Positions 50,325-59,722 of a stretch of DNA of 64,000 bases are shown here, in pieces. This stretch comes from a bacterium (GTDB lineage: Bacteria; UBP6; UBA1177; JAKLFG01). The notes beneath the pieces were generated by a model that was not told where the DNA came from, searched no databases, and saw only the letters and a program-made list of their open reading frames with translations. The DNA is taken from the NCBI GenBank assembly GCA_022709425.1, contig JAKLIW010000001.1, positions 17,552 through 81,551 on the forward strand. Direction: 5' to 3'. The position numbers were made by a program, and so were the translations under genes. Every line of letters begins with the position of its first letter. Positions within the stretch are counted from its first letter, which is position 1.

Positions 50325-53231
50325 TTGAACCGGGGGCGGGCCGTGCGGAACATACTTCTTGCGATGATCGGGCTGATGCTTGTCGCGTGCGGCGGCGAGA
50401 TGCCGTCGGCCGACGGGCCAGCCACCGCCAACCTCACCCCGCCCGAATTCGCATGGGAAGAAGAAGCGCCGGTAGGTGGTTTCGACAGTCCATCCGCCCG
50501 CTACGCCGTTCCCGGCGATGAGCGGTGGGTGTCGATGAATCCGGAAATACCGGGGACGGATGGTACGATATACGCTATGGCGCGGCATGGCGATTATCTC
50601 TACATCGGTGGCTCTTTTACTATCGTGAAGGATATTGTGGCGAACCGGATAGCACGACTCACGATCTCAACCGGTCAGTGGAGCGCACTCGGAAGCGGGA
50701 TGGATGGTACTGTATATTCTCTTGTGGTGGATGGCACGGGCAATCTCTATGCCGGCGGGTACTTTGCCACTGCGGACGGAATAATAGTGAACCGCGTCGC
50801 GAAATGGGATGGCACAGCATGGAGCGCGCTGGGGACCGGGATGGATAGCGCGGTGTATGCCCTTGCGGTGGATGGCGATGGTACCCTCTATGCCGGTGGT
50901 GATTTCACGACGGCGGGCGGGGTGTCGGCGAACCGTATTGCAAAATGGAATGGCACCCAGTGGGGTACCATCAATAATGGGATGAATGGTGGTGTTTATT
51001 CTCTAGTATTGGATGGGAATGGTAATCTCTATGTTGGAGGATACTTCACCACGGCGGATGGTGTGGCGACAAATCGCATCGCAAAATGGGACGGTGCTGC
51101 ATGGAGCGCACTCGGGAGCGGTATGAGCGACTCCGTCCGCGCCCTTGCGATAGATGGCGAGGGCACCCTTTACGCTGGCGGAAAATTCAAGACGGCGGGA
51201 GGGGTGTCGGCCAATAGGATCGCGAAATGGGACGGCACCTTATGGAGCGCACTCGGGATCGGGATAACCGATATTGGTGTTGACCCGTGTGTGTATACCA
51301 TTACGGTGGCCGGTGACGGGACCCTCTATGCTGGCGGTGATTTCACGACGGCAGATGGAATGACGGCGAAATATATCGCGAAATGGGATGGTACGATTTG
51401 GAGTGCAGTTGATAGTGGGATGAATGACCATGTCAAAATCCTTGTGATTGCCGGTGATGGCACCCTCTACGCCGCCGGCTCTTTCACGACGGCAGGTGGA
51501 GTGACAGCGAATCGTATAGCTCAGTGGGATGGCTCTTCTTGGTTTTCTCCTGGGTATGGTGTGAGCAACCCTGTCCATGCTCTTACATTTGATGATGTGA
51601 GCAACCTCTTTCTTGGCGGATACTTTACCCACGCGGGTGGGGTGGCCGCGAACCGCATCGCCAAGTGGGACGGCGCGACTTGGAGTCCTCTTGGGGGGGG
51701 AATGGATAAATTTGTCGAATCTCTTGCGTTAGATGCAGGTGGCAATCTCTACGCTGGAGGGAAGTTTGACACCGCAGGTGGGGTGTTGGTAAATCGTATC
51801 GCGAAATGGGACGGTGCCGAATGGATAGCCCTCGATAGTGGGATGACGGGAGAAGACCCGGGAGTCTTTGCCCTCGCGTTAGATGATACGGATAATCTTT
51901 ACGCCGGAGGAGGATTTATCACTGCGGGCGGGGTGGCGGCGAAACACATTGCAAAATGGGACGGCACGGTGTGGAGCAACCTCGGGAACGGGATGGATGC
52001 TTATGTTTATGCCCTTGTAATGGATGATGCGGGAAATCTTTACGCCGGAGGAAGCTTCACCACTGCGGGCGGAGTGGCGGCGAAATACATCGCGAAATGG
52101 GACGGGACCTCGTGGAGTGCCCTTGGAAGCGGGATGGATAAGTATGTCAATACCCTTGTATTCGATGATGCTGGGAATCTCTATGCCGGCGGAGGTTTTA
52201 CCACCGCAGGCGGGGTGACGGCGAACCGCATTGCCAAATGGGATGGAGTCGAATGGAGCGCATTGGGAACAGGGGTAAATAACTATGTCCGCATATTGAC
52301 AGTTGATGGAACAGGCAATCTCTACGCCGGAGGAGGTTTCACTATAGCGGGCGGTGTAACGGCAAATTACATTGCAAAGTGGAATGGTATCGCATGGAGT
52401 GCCCTCGGTGGTGGGATGAATAATAGTGTTGAAAGCCTTGCGATTGACGGGAATGGTGATCTATATGCCTGTGGATTCTTTACGACGGCTGGCAACAAAT
52501 TAAGTCCTTATATCGCCAAGTACATACTCTCCGACGAAGACCCCGTCACTCCCGACGATGATGTCCTCCTCTCCGAAAGCGATGCTGTCACCTCTGACGA
52601 TGACGCTCTCCTCGCCGAAAGCGAATCTCTGTTGACGGAGGACGACACGGTCATCATCATAACTGACACCGTGATCGAGCCCGACGATGCGGTCATTCTC
52701 CCCGACGAGGACTCTGTGATCGAACCCGATGACGAAGATGCTTACCCCGAGGTTTACCACCCCGACACTTTCTACGAGATCGACCCGGTCGACGAAATAT
52801 CAGTGCCCGATGAAGTAGTGGACGACATCCAGCCGGACGAACCCGTCGCCGATGATGTGGTCGACGAGACGGTCGATGCCACGCCGGACGATTACTACGA
52901 GATAGACGCTGTTGACGAGATATCGGTCCCCGACGACACCGTTGACGATACCCCCGATGAAGACACGACGGTCAGCGCCGACACGAACGATGCCGCAACG
53001 GACGAAGATACTGCGCAACCGGATGAAACAACGGACCAAACGAGCGACACTGCCACCGACACCTTCCAACCTGACGAAACGGTTGATGAATCCGTTGATG
53101 CGACGACCGACGAAAGCATCGACGGCACCATCGATGACGATTCTCCGCTCACGACTCACGATTCACTGATCACCGACACCGACACCACCAAGCCTACCGG
53201 CAACGGCTGTGGATGTTCCCTCGCCTTCTAG
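50325..53231 (+). CDS. large beta-propeller repeat lipoprotein (968 aa) with acidic C-terminal repeats ending in the GCGCSLAF tag
   Basis: Lipobox LMLVACGGEM. About 17 repeats of LYAGG.FTTAGGV.ANRIAKWDGT.WSALGSGM (delta-60/SBBP-like). C-terminal acidic YEIDxVDEISVPD repeats, then ...DTDTTKPTGNGCGCSLAF followed by the stop codon. Confidence 0.65.
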   Translation: MNRGRAVRNILLAMIGLMLVACGGEMPSADGPATANLTPPEFAWEEEAPVGGFDSPSARYAVPGDERWVSMNPEIPGTDGTIYAMARHGDYLYIGGSFTIVKDIVANRIARLTISTGQWSALGSGMDGTVYSLVVDGTGNLYAGGYFATADGIIVNRVAKWDGTAWSALGTGMDSAVYALAVDGDGTLYAGGDFTTAGGVSANRIAKWNGTQWGTINNGMNGGVYSLVLDGNGNLYVGGYFTTADGVATNRIAKWDGAAWSALGSGMSDSVRALAIDGEGTLYAGGKFKTAGGVSANRIAKWDGTLWSALGIGITDIGVDPCVYTITVAGDGTLYAGGDFTTADGMTAKYIAKWDGTIWSAVDSGMNDHVKILVIAGDGTLYAAGSFTTAGGVTANRIAQWDGSSWFSPGYGVSNPVHALTFDDVSNLFLGGYFTHAGGVAANRIAKWDGATWSPLGGGMDKFVESLALDAGGNLYAGGKFDTAGGVLVNRIAKWDGAEWIALDSGMTGEDPGVFALALDDTDNLYAGGGFITAGGVAAKHIAKWDGTVWSNLGNGMDAYVYALVMDDAGNLYAGGSFTTAGGVAAKYIAKWDGTSWSALGSGMDKYVNTLVFDDAGNLYAGGGFTTAGGVTANRIAKWDGVEWSALGTGVNNYVRILTVDGTGNLYAGGGFTIAGGVTANYIAKWNGIAWSALGGGMNNSVESLAIDGNGDLYACGFFTTAGNKLSPYIAKYILSDEDPVTPDDDVLLSESDAVTSDDDALLAESESLLTEDDTVIIITDTVIEPDDAVILPDEDSVIEPDDEDAYPEVYHPDTFYEIDPVDEISVPDEVVDDIQPDEPVADDVVDETVDATPDDYYEIDAVDEISVPDDTVDDTPDEDTTVSADTNDAATDEDTAQPDETTDQTSDTATDTFQPDETVDESVDATTDESIDGTIDDDSPLTTHDSLITDTDTTKPTGNGCGCSLAF

Positions 53232-53257
53232 GATGCTGACAAGCCGCTGACCGCAAA

Positions 53258-53374
53258 ATGACGAAAACTGAAAAAAATCTGGATTTTTTTGTCCGAAAAG
53301 GCATTATGCGTCGATTGTTTTTTTGAGCACCGTCGTCCTATGAAGAATCGCCTGCTCGCGCTGGTCAAACGGAC
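53258..53374 (+). repeat. 117-118-nt direct repeat (second copy; first copy 49461-49578): shared leader + start + first 12 codons (MKNRLLALVKRT)
   Basis: ATGAC(A/G)AAAACTGAAAAAAATCTGG(A)TTTTTTTGTCCGAAAAGGCATTATGCGTCGATTGTTTTTTTGAGCACCGTCG(C/T)CCTATGAAGAATCGCCTGCTCGCGCTGGTCAAACGGAC. About 98% identical. The copies diverge immediately after GGAC. Confidence 0.7.
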
Positions 53375-55223
53375 ACCATTGTCATTCGTCATCGTTTTTG
53401 CACTTTTCTTCTTTGACTACGCCTCGTTCCTGACACGCGCCGGGGTCATCCATCCGACCTTCGCCCTTTTCGACATCGTCGTCATCCTCGGCAGTCTGTG
53501 CGGCGCGCTTCTTCTCTGGTTCATCATCGGAACACTCCTTTCCATCGGACCGCGCTCCTATCTGGTTCTTTTTTCCATCTATATTTTCTTTTATCATCTG
53601 TTCGGCACTTACCGTTTCCGCTCGAAGATACCCTTCGACGTCTCGGTCATGATGGATAACTCCGGCGAGGCATGGAACTCTGAGTCGCTCATCGTGATAC
53701 TCGACAGCCTCAGTCTTCATGTCCTCCTCATCGGGATCGCCCCACTGCTCGCGGTCCTCTTCATCCCGCCGTTACGAAGACTGGTGATGCGGGAACGGCA
53801 GTACGGAGCTCGCCGCTATATCGCGGCCGCCGCGGCCATCCCGCTCTATGGGTGGCTTATGCTCAGCCCCTTTGCGCTCCACGACGATCTGGGCGCGGTG
53901 CTCCGTTCGGTCCACGACTATGTTCGGCGCGACAGCCTCTATCAGACCGACAAGAACACCGATCCCGACACCTATCCCTTTATCACCAACGAGAACATGG
54001 CCTTGTCGCCCGGAAATACCGGAAAGAGATCACACATCTTCATCGTCGAGATAGAATCCTTCTCCAAAGCGGTTGTCGAGACCACCACTCCCGACGGACG
54101 TCCCTATACGCCGTATCTGAACGAAAAGATCAAAGAAGGTCTCTATTTTGAACGGTTCTATGCCAATTCCATCCAATCGGCAAAAGGACAGTTCGCGACG
54201 CTCTTCTCGATCATCCCGAGTTTCAAGCAAAAGGTTTTCACCAGTTTCCGGCATGTCCAGTTCCAGTCGCTACCGCAGGTCCTGCGGGATAACGGCTACT
54301 CCACCTTCTTCTTCAAGGCATACCGCGACATCAACTTCGACAACACCGGCCGGTTCGTCACGAAGAACGGCGTCGAGACCGCGCTGTCCATCGTCCCCTT
54401 CTTGACGCCGGAAGACAAACAGCGGATGTGGGGTTGGGGTATCGAGGACGAGATATTCTTCAAACGGTTCTTCGAGTATCTCGACACCCGTGAAGAGGTC
54501 GTGTCGGGACAGAAGCCGGTATTCGCCCTGCTCCACACCGTCATGAACCATATGCGGTTCAACGAGGTGCCGGTCGAAAAACGCCGTCTCTATCCCGACG
54601 CCAAGAATCTGCCCGAACACTATGCCAACAGCATCCGCCTGACCGACGAACAGCTCCACTTCTTCTTCGATGAACTGGCGAAGCGGCCGTATCTGAAGGA
54701 TGCCATCGTCATCGTCACCGGCGATCACAGCTATCCGCTCAACGAACACGGCTACCAACATAACGAAACGGCATGGTATGAGGAATTCTTCCGCACCCCG
54801 TTCCTTCTCATCGCGCCGGGCCGATTCAAGCCGGGTCGCATCACCGACAAAGCCTATCAGCAGATAGATATCGCGCCGACCCTCTTGGAGCTGGTCGGCA
54901 TCAAACCGAAACGTCACCACTTCCGCGGCGTTTCGATGTTCGCCGCCAAACCGCAGCAACCGATATATCTCGTTCAGCCCTACAACGGCATTTATCTCGG
55001 GGTGATCGAAGGCGGACGCTATAAATATGTTACTCACCTGCGCAGCAAGCGTGAGTTCCTCTACGATCTGAAGGTCGATCCCAAAGAAGAGAAGAATCTC
55101 GCCGGCGAGGCCGGACCGGCGTTCAAAAATCACCTGAACGGACTCTTGCAGACGATCTACCTGAACCAGAAACTCATCGAGAGCGACCGGGTCTGGAAAC
55201 CGCTCGACAGCGGCAAGAAATGA
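53339..55223 (+). CDS. LtaS/MdoB-like sulfatase-family (alkaline phosphatase superfamily) membrane protein
   Basis: N-terminal 4-5 TM segments, then an extracytoplasmic sulfatase-fold domain (...SIQSAKGQFATLFS..., VIVTGDHSYPLNEHGYQHNE). Start MKNRLLALVKRT lies within the duplicated leader. Confidence 0.65.
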
Positions 55224-56323
55224 TGCCCAAGGAACTGAAGCCGAAAAAAGGTGCGGCCAACTGGAAAGCGCTTTTCTTCATCGCCTTCGGCGCCCTGATC
55301 GCGGTGTCGGCGCTGTCGCTCTTCTGCCGCCCCGGCGCTTCCGATTCTCCCTCCACAACCCCGCAGATCGCCCCTGAGCCGCCAACCGCCGGACCAGCCT
55401 CCGCGCCATCTATAGCGGCCCCGCAACCGATCCCGGCCACCCCGCAGACCGCCACGCCGCCGACGCCCGAGAAGAAGAACGACACCTACGCGCTGACGGT
55501 GAAGATATCGGCTTCGTTCTACAACACCTTCGCCGACGATCCCGAGATAGCGCGCATCGCCGCCGAAACGGGGAAAAAGCGGCTTGCCGAACTGCTGTCG
55601 GCCCATGTGTCGCGCAACCTCATCTGGAGCCTCGACATGCGCCGCGAGGTCTATCCGGGCGACGAGATGAAACTGCTCTTCCGCGTCATATCGCCCGAAG
55701 AACAGGCCAAACGGGCCGACACGCCCGACGAGATCGAACTGCTCGCGATGCAGTACCGGTCGATACGGCTCGGCAAGGAGATCCGTTTCTATCAGTTCAA
55801 GTCATCCGACCGGAAATTCCCCGCCTTCTACCACGCCGACGGCACGGCGGTCGAAAAGACGCTTAAAAAATCACCGCTGAAAGAGTGGATACAGATCACC
55901 TCACTCCTCAAGGATCGCCGCCCGCGCCACGACGGACTCGATTTCAAGGCGCCGGTCGGCACGCCGATATACGCCCCATGGAGCGGCACGGTCGAAAAGA
56001 CCAACTGGAAGACCCGCTACAACGGCTATTCGCTCCTCGCGCGGGTCGACAGCCAGCCGGCGGTGCAGATGCTCCTGCTCCATCTCGACAAGGTCCACCT
56101 GAAGCCGGGGCAACGCTTCGCGGCGGGCGACCATATCGCCGACGTGGGCAATACCGGCCGCTCGTTCGCCCCTCACCTGCACTATCAGTTGCAGCACGAG
56201 GCGAAAAAGATCATCGACCCGATCAAATTCCACGGCACCGTGGCCGCAAAACTTCCGGCGGCCGACGCCGATGCCTTCCAGAAGGTCGTTCAGCGTTTCG
56301 ACGCACTGATGGGAAACAAATAA
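55220..56323 (+). CDS. M23-family metallopeptidase (LytM-like) with N-terminal TM and Pro/Ala-rich linker
   Basis: HDGLDFKAPVGTPIYAPWSGTV ... GNTGRSFAPHLHYQL (HxxxD and HxH Zn motifs of M23). Start overlaps the upstream gene's stop (ATGA). Confidence 0.75.
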   Translation: MMPKELKPKKGAANWKALFFIAFGALIAVSALSLFCRPGASDSPSTTPQIAPEPPTAGPASAPSIAAPQPIPATPQTATPPTPEKKNDTYALTVKISASFYNTFADDPEIARIAAETGKKRLAELLSAHVSRNLIWSLDMRREVYPGDEMKLLFRVISPEEQAKRADTPDEIELLAMQYRSIRLGKEIRFYQFKSSDRKFPAFYHADGTAVEKTLKKSPLKEWIQITSLLKDRRPRHDGLDFKAPVGTPIYAPWSGTVEKTNWKTRYNGYSLLARVDSQPAVQMLLLHLDKVHLKPGQRFAAGDHIADVGNTGRSFAPHLHYQLQHEAKKIIDPIKFHGTVAAKLPAADADAFQKVVQRFDALMGNK

Positions 56324-56335
56324 GAGAACAGCCGG

Positions 56336-56542
56336 CTAGCCGCCGCTCATCAGGTGGATGACCTTGACGTCGGCCCCTTCCGGGACCGTCGCAGTAGGCC
56401 AATCGTCGCGTTTTATGTTCTTCCCGTTTATCTGGATGACGAGCAGTTTGAAGGTGTAGTTCATCACTGTGAGCACGTCGGAAACGGTCATGCCCGCGCG
56501 CCAGTCGATGACCTGATCGTTGACGATGATCTTTCCTTTCAT
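56336..56542 (-). CDS. moaD: MoaD/ThiS-family sulfur-carrier protein
   Basis: 68 aa beta-grasp-sized protein ending in ...VKVIHLMSGG (C-terminal Gly-Gly). Sits 8 nt downstream of the AOR gene in the cofactor cluster. Confidence 0.6.
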   Translation of the reverse strand: MKGKIIVNDQVIDWRAGMTVSDVLTVMNYTFKLLVIQINGKNIKRDDWPTATVPEGADVKVIHLMSGG

Positions 56543-56549
56543 GGCGGCC

Positions 56550-58757
56550 TTACTGCAGCGGTTTAACGACCTCGATTACCTCAGGCAGGTCCATCCCTAT
56601 CTCCTTGAGCCACGCGATGGTCGGGACGCCGTTGCGGGTCCAACCGCGCCGTTTGTAGACGGCGTCGAGCAGTTTCTCGTAGCGGTCGGTGCGGTATTTC
56701 CGATGGGCCGCGATCTTCTCCTCGACGGTCATCTTCGCAACCGCCTCGGGGGTCATCCCCATCCAGTCGACGAGCTGTTTGTCGTAGCGTTCCTGCCGCG
56801 ACTCGTATTCGCGCTTGGTGACCGGGCCGCAGGCGCGGTAGGGCTGGGCGTCGTGCTGCCGCAGACCGTAGCCGCGACGGATGTTGAAGATGCGCTGGAA
56901 GTTGTAGACGCGGGCCGACTGAAGGATGAGTTCATCCTTGTCGATGTCGCGGCCGGTGACCGCCTTGAAGACCGTCAGGTAGTTGTCGACATGCTCGGGA
57001 ACCTTGGCCGCCTCTTTGGGCGGATACTTCTCGCGGTTGTTCTCCGGCTCGACATCGTTCCACGGCAGTTTGCAGAAGCCGCACAGACCGAACCACGTGC
57101 GGAACATCGGGAAATAGTAGAGCGCCTCGGCCTTGTCCTCGAACGACGGTATCTGGTTGTTGACCATGTCCATGAAGATGAGCCACGCCTCGTCGTGTTG
57201 CGGCCCCTTGTTGGTCATGGCGTAGCCGCCCTGCTGGGCCAGCGATTCCTTGGACATGTACTGCGAGTATTCGAGCCCCTTGTTGACCATCGCGATGTCG
57301 CTCAGGAACTGGCGGTCGCCCCACCCCTGATCGGCGAAGTAGTGTTTCATGTATTCGGCGCCGCGGCCGGCGATCGCGCCGAAACCTTTCCCCGTCGCCA
57401 TCTGGTGGATGAGTTCGAGCGCCGCGAGCGAGTTGCCAAACTTGAGTTCCAGTCCGCCGGTCCGCTCTTTATTGAGTATCCCCGCCTCGTAGCACTCCAT
57501 CACGAAGGCCGTTATCGTGCCGACCGTGATGGTGCAGATGCCGTAGGTGTCGCAGTAGAAGTTCGCTTCGATGATGTGCAGCGGGTCGAAGATGCCGCAG
57601 TTGGAACCGAGCCCCGCCGCCGTCTCGTACTCGGGACCGTCGACGGTGACCTTGTCGCCCTTGTAGGGGCCGGTCTTCAGTTCGAAGCCGTCGACCGACT
57701 TGCAGCACGACATCGCGCAGCCGAACCAGCAGCCGTCCAGATCGCGCCATTTGAGGTTGAACAGGCTCTTGAGCACGTTGGAGTGTATCTTGTTGATGTC
57801 CTCGCCGATGTCGGCCGCCTTGCCGAAGCGGAAATTGGTGGTCGGCAGGAGATCGTAGGCGTCCATGATCTCCATGAGGTGCGCCGTACCCTTGTCGCGC
57901 ATCTCGCACTGTTTGTCGTCGAGTTCCTTTATCTCCTTCTGGAACCGCTGGCCGCGCTCGATGATCTTGTTCAGGTCCACGACGTTGTTCCAGTTGGGCT
58001 TGATACCGGTGGTCTTGCAGACGAGCGCCTTGATCCGCTTGTCGCGGAACACCGTGCCGATGCCGCCGCGGCCCGCCTGTTTGAGGCGCGCCACCTTGCG
58101 GCGCGGGTCCCAGAAACTGAAGTTGAGCATCCCAATGAGCGAATGGTCGGCGGCGGTCCCGGCCGAGACGACCGCGACATTGATCTTGTCCTTCTCGTCC
58201 TTCGCGTACATCTCGGTCAACTGTTCGGCGAGCACATGGGAATCTATCGCCTCCTTGGGCGCCGTCTCGATGGTGACCGAATGGTCGGTGCCGTCGATGA
58301 CGATGATGACATCCTCATTCGCCTTGCCCTGCAGTTCGATCGCGTCGAACCCGGCGAACTTCATGTAGGGGCCGAAGTAGCCGCCCACATTGCTGTCCAT
58401 GATGCGGCCGCTCTGCGACGATATCGAGACGACCAGCGATTTGCCGGCGCCCGCGTACTGGGTGATGCCGGCGCAGGGGCCGGGGCTGATGATGATCTCG
58501 TTCTCGGGGTCGTTCCACTGGGTGGTCGGCTTGGTCGCGTGCCACAGCAGGTAGAGCCCGAACCCCTTGCCGCCGATGAATTTGTCCTTCATCAGAGGGG
58601 TCACCGGTTTTTCCGTGACGGTGCTGGTCGAAAGGTCGACATGGAGGGTGCGGTCGTTGTAGCCTTTCTCGATGCGGCCGGGCTGATACTCCCAGCGCGT
58701 GATCCGTTTGTGGGCCGCTTTCATCTCGCCGATGTTCATGCCGTGCTCCGTTATCAT
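56550..58757 (-). CDS. aldehyde:ferredoxin oxidoreductase family (tungsten/molybdopterin) enzyme, long form
   Basis: AOR N-terminal domain pattern (RTLHVDLSTSTV...GGKGFGLYLL...GFDAIELQGKANEDVIIVIDG). C-terminal Cys-containing cofactor-binding region. Adjacent to moaD, moaA, moeA and mobB. Confidence 0.65.
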   Translation of the reverse strand: MITEHGMNIGEMKAAHKRITRWEYQPGRIEKGYNDRTLHVDLSTSTVTEKPVTPLMKDKFIGGKGFGLYLLWHATKPTTQWNDPENEIIISPGPCAGITQYAGAGKSLVVSISSQSGRIMDSNVGGYFGPYMKFAGFDAIELQGKANEDVIIVIDGTDHSVTIETAPKEAIDSHVLAEQLTEMYAKDEKDKINVAVVSAGTAADHSLIGMLNFSFWDPRRKVARLKQAGRGGIGTVFRDKRIKALVCKTTGIKPNWNNVVDLNKIIERGQRFQKEIKELDDKQCEMRDKGTAHLMEIMDAYDLLPTTNFRFGKAADIGEDINKIHSNVLKSLFNLKWRDLDGCWFGCAMSCCKSVDGFELKTGPYKGDKVTVDGPEYETAAGLGSNCGIFDPLHIIEANFYCDTYGICTITVGTITAFVMECYEAGILNKERTGGLELKFGNSLAALELIHQMATGKGFGAIAGRGAEYMKHYFADQGWGDRQFLSDIAMVNKGLEYSQYMSKESLAQQGGYAMTNKGPQHDEAWLIFMDMVNNQIPSFEDKAEALYYFPMFRTWFGLCGFCKLPWNDVEPENNREKYPPKEAAKVPEHVDNYLTVFKAVTGRDIDKDELILQSARVYNFQRIFNIRRGYGLRQHDAQPYRACGPVTKREYESRQERYDKQLVDWMGMTPEAVAKMTVEEKIAAHRKYRTDRYEKLLDAVYKRRGWTRNGVPTIAWLKEIGMDLPEVIEVVKPLQ

Positions 58758-58924
58758 GACGCGTTACTGCTATCGTCCGTTCCGAAACAGGGAGACCAGC
58801 CCTTTTCAGGGATGGCCCTACCGGTCCCTCGCCGTGGCCGTGAGGCGGTAGGCGCGGGGACTGCGGACACCGGAGGAGTATAATCGGGCAAACGGGCTTT
58901 TTCAAGGATTTTGTGAGAAGAGCC
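58758..58924 (-). promoter_or_regulatory. structured 167-nt leader between moaA and the AOR gene (candidate Moco/Tuco-type riboswitch)
   Basis: Transcribed-strand sequence contains nested helices (GCCUACCG...CCUC-ACGGCCACGGC-GAGG...CGGUAGG) and a GNRA hairpin CCCUGAAAAGGG. Position is upstream of a W/Mo-cofactor enzyme inside a cofactor biosynthesis operon. The riboswitch class assignment has not been verified. Confidence 0.25.
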
Positions 58925-59722
58925 TTACCCGCCGATATTGTAAAAGCCGCCGTTGGTGTTGCAGGTCCCCTTTTCAGGCTTTGCCGCGATCGCCCGCCGT
59001 ATCGCCTCTTCCGCGCCAAGTTCGCGGACGCTGAAGCCGAGGTCGGAAAAAAGACAGGGCTTGACCTTTCCGTCGGCAAGCAGGCGTATCCGGTTGCAGT
59101 GCGCACAGTCACCCCCCGTCCCACCGATAACCCCGTAGAACTGGCCGTGAGCGAGGTCCATCTGGCGGATGAAGCGTATCGGCAGACCTTCGGCCGCCGC
59201 CCAGACGGCGACCGCCGCCGCGTCGGGCTCTTCGGGCGACCGTTCGATGACGGTATTTATCTTGACGGGGAAGCCCACGCGGCGCGCTTCCGCTATCCCC
59301 GCAAGCACCGCCTCGAGTTCGTCGCGTCGGGTGATCTCCCGGAAACGGTCACGGTCAACGGTATCGAGGCTGACATTGATTCGCATGAGCCCCGCCTCAC
59401 GCAAAGAGGCGGCATATTCGGCGAGCAGGAGCCCGTTGGTCGTCATGGCGAGATCACTGATGCCCTCGATGAGGGCCAGTTGCGCGACGAGCGACACAAC
59501 GCCGCGGCGGACCAGCGGTTCGCCCCCCGTGAGGCGCACCTTGGTGATACCTATCCCGACGGCGATCCGCGTGAAGGCGGCGATCTCCTCGAACGACAGG
59601 ATATCGTCGTGCGACATCGGGCGCACCCCCTCTTCCGGCATGCAGTAGCGGCACCGCAGATTACAGCGGTCGGTGACCGAGATGCGCAGGTAATCTATCT
59701 TGCGGCTAAAAGGATCGAACAT
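58925..59722 (-). CDS. moaA: GTP 3',8-cyclase (molybdenum cofactor biosynthesis protein A), short form
   Basis: LRISVTDRCNLRCRYCMPEEG (radical SAM CxxxCxxC) and a C-terminal second cluster (...CAHCNRIRLLADGKVKPCLF). 265 aa, shorter than E. coli MoaA. Confidence 0.75.
   Translation of the reverse strand: MFDPFSRKIDYLRISVTDRCNLRCRYCMPEEGVRPMSHDDILSFEEIAAFTRIAVGIGITKVRLTGGEPLVRRGVVSLVAQLALIEGISDLAMTTNGLLLAEYAASLREAGLMRINVSLDTVDRDRFREITRRDELEAVLAGIAEARRVGFPVKINTVIERSPEEPDAAAVAVWAAAEGLPIRFIRQMDLAHGQFYGVIGGTGGDCAHCNRIRLLADGKVKPCLFSDLGFSVRELGAEEAIRRAIAAKPEKGTCNTNGGFYNIGG

Noticed and set aside
35955-53231. Interpreting the GCGCS...F C-terminus as MYXO-CTERM, PEP-CTERM or another known sortase-type signal
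   Set aside because: All known C-terminal sorting tags I am aware of continue with a hydrophobic TM helix and a basic tail. Here the stop codon follows the final Phe immediately in all three ORFs, so the mechanism must differ. It is kept as a novel-tag hypothesis and not assigned to a known family.
56520-58883. 787-aa plus-strand ORF overlapping the AOR gene, and similar antisense ORFs at 48415-49590 and 61496-62572
   Set aside because: As with the other antisense ORFs, the opposing strand carries clearly homologous genes (AOR, SPASM rSAM, pruA). The antisense translations are compositionally biased (Arg/Ala/Gly-rich) and featureless.
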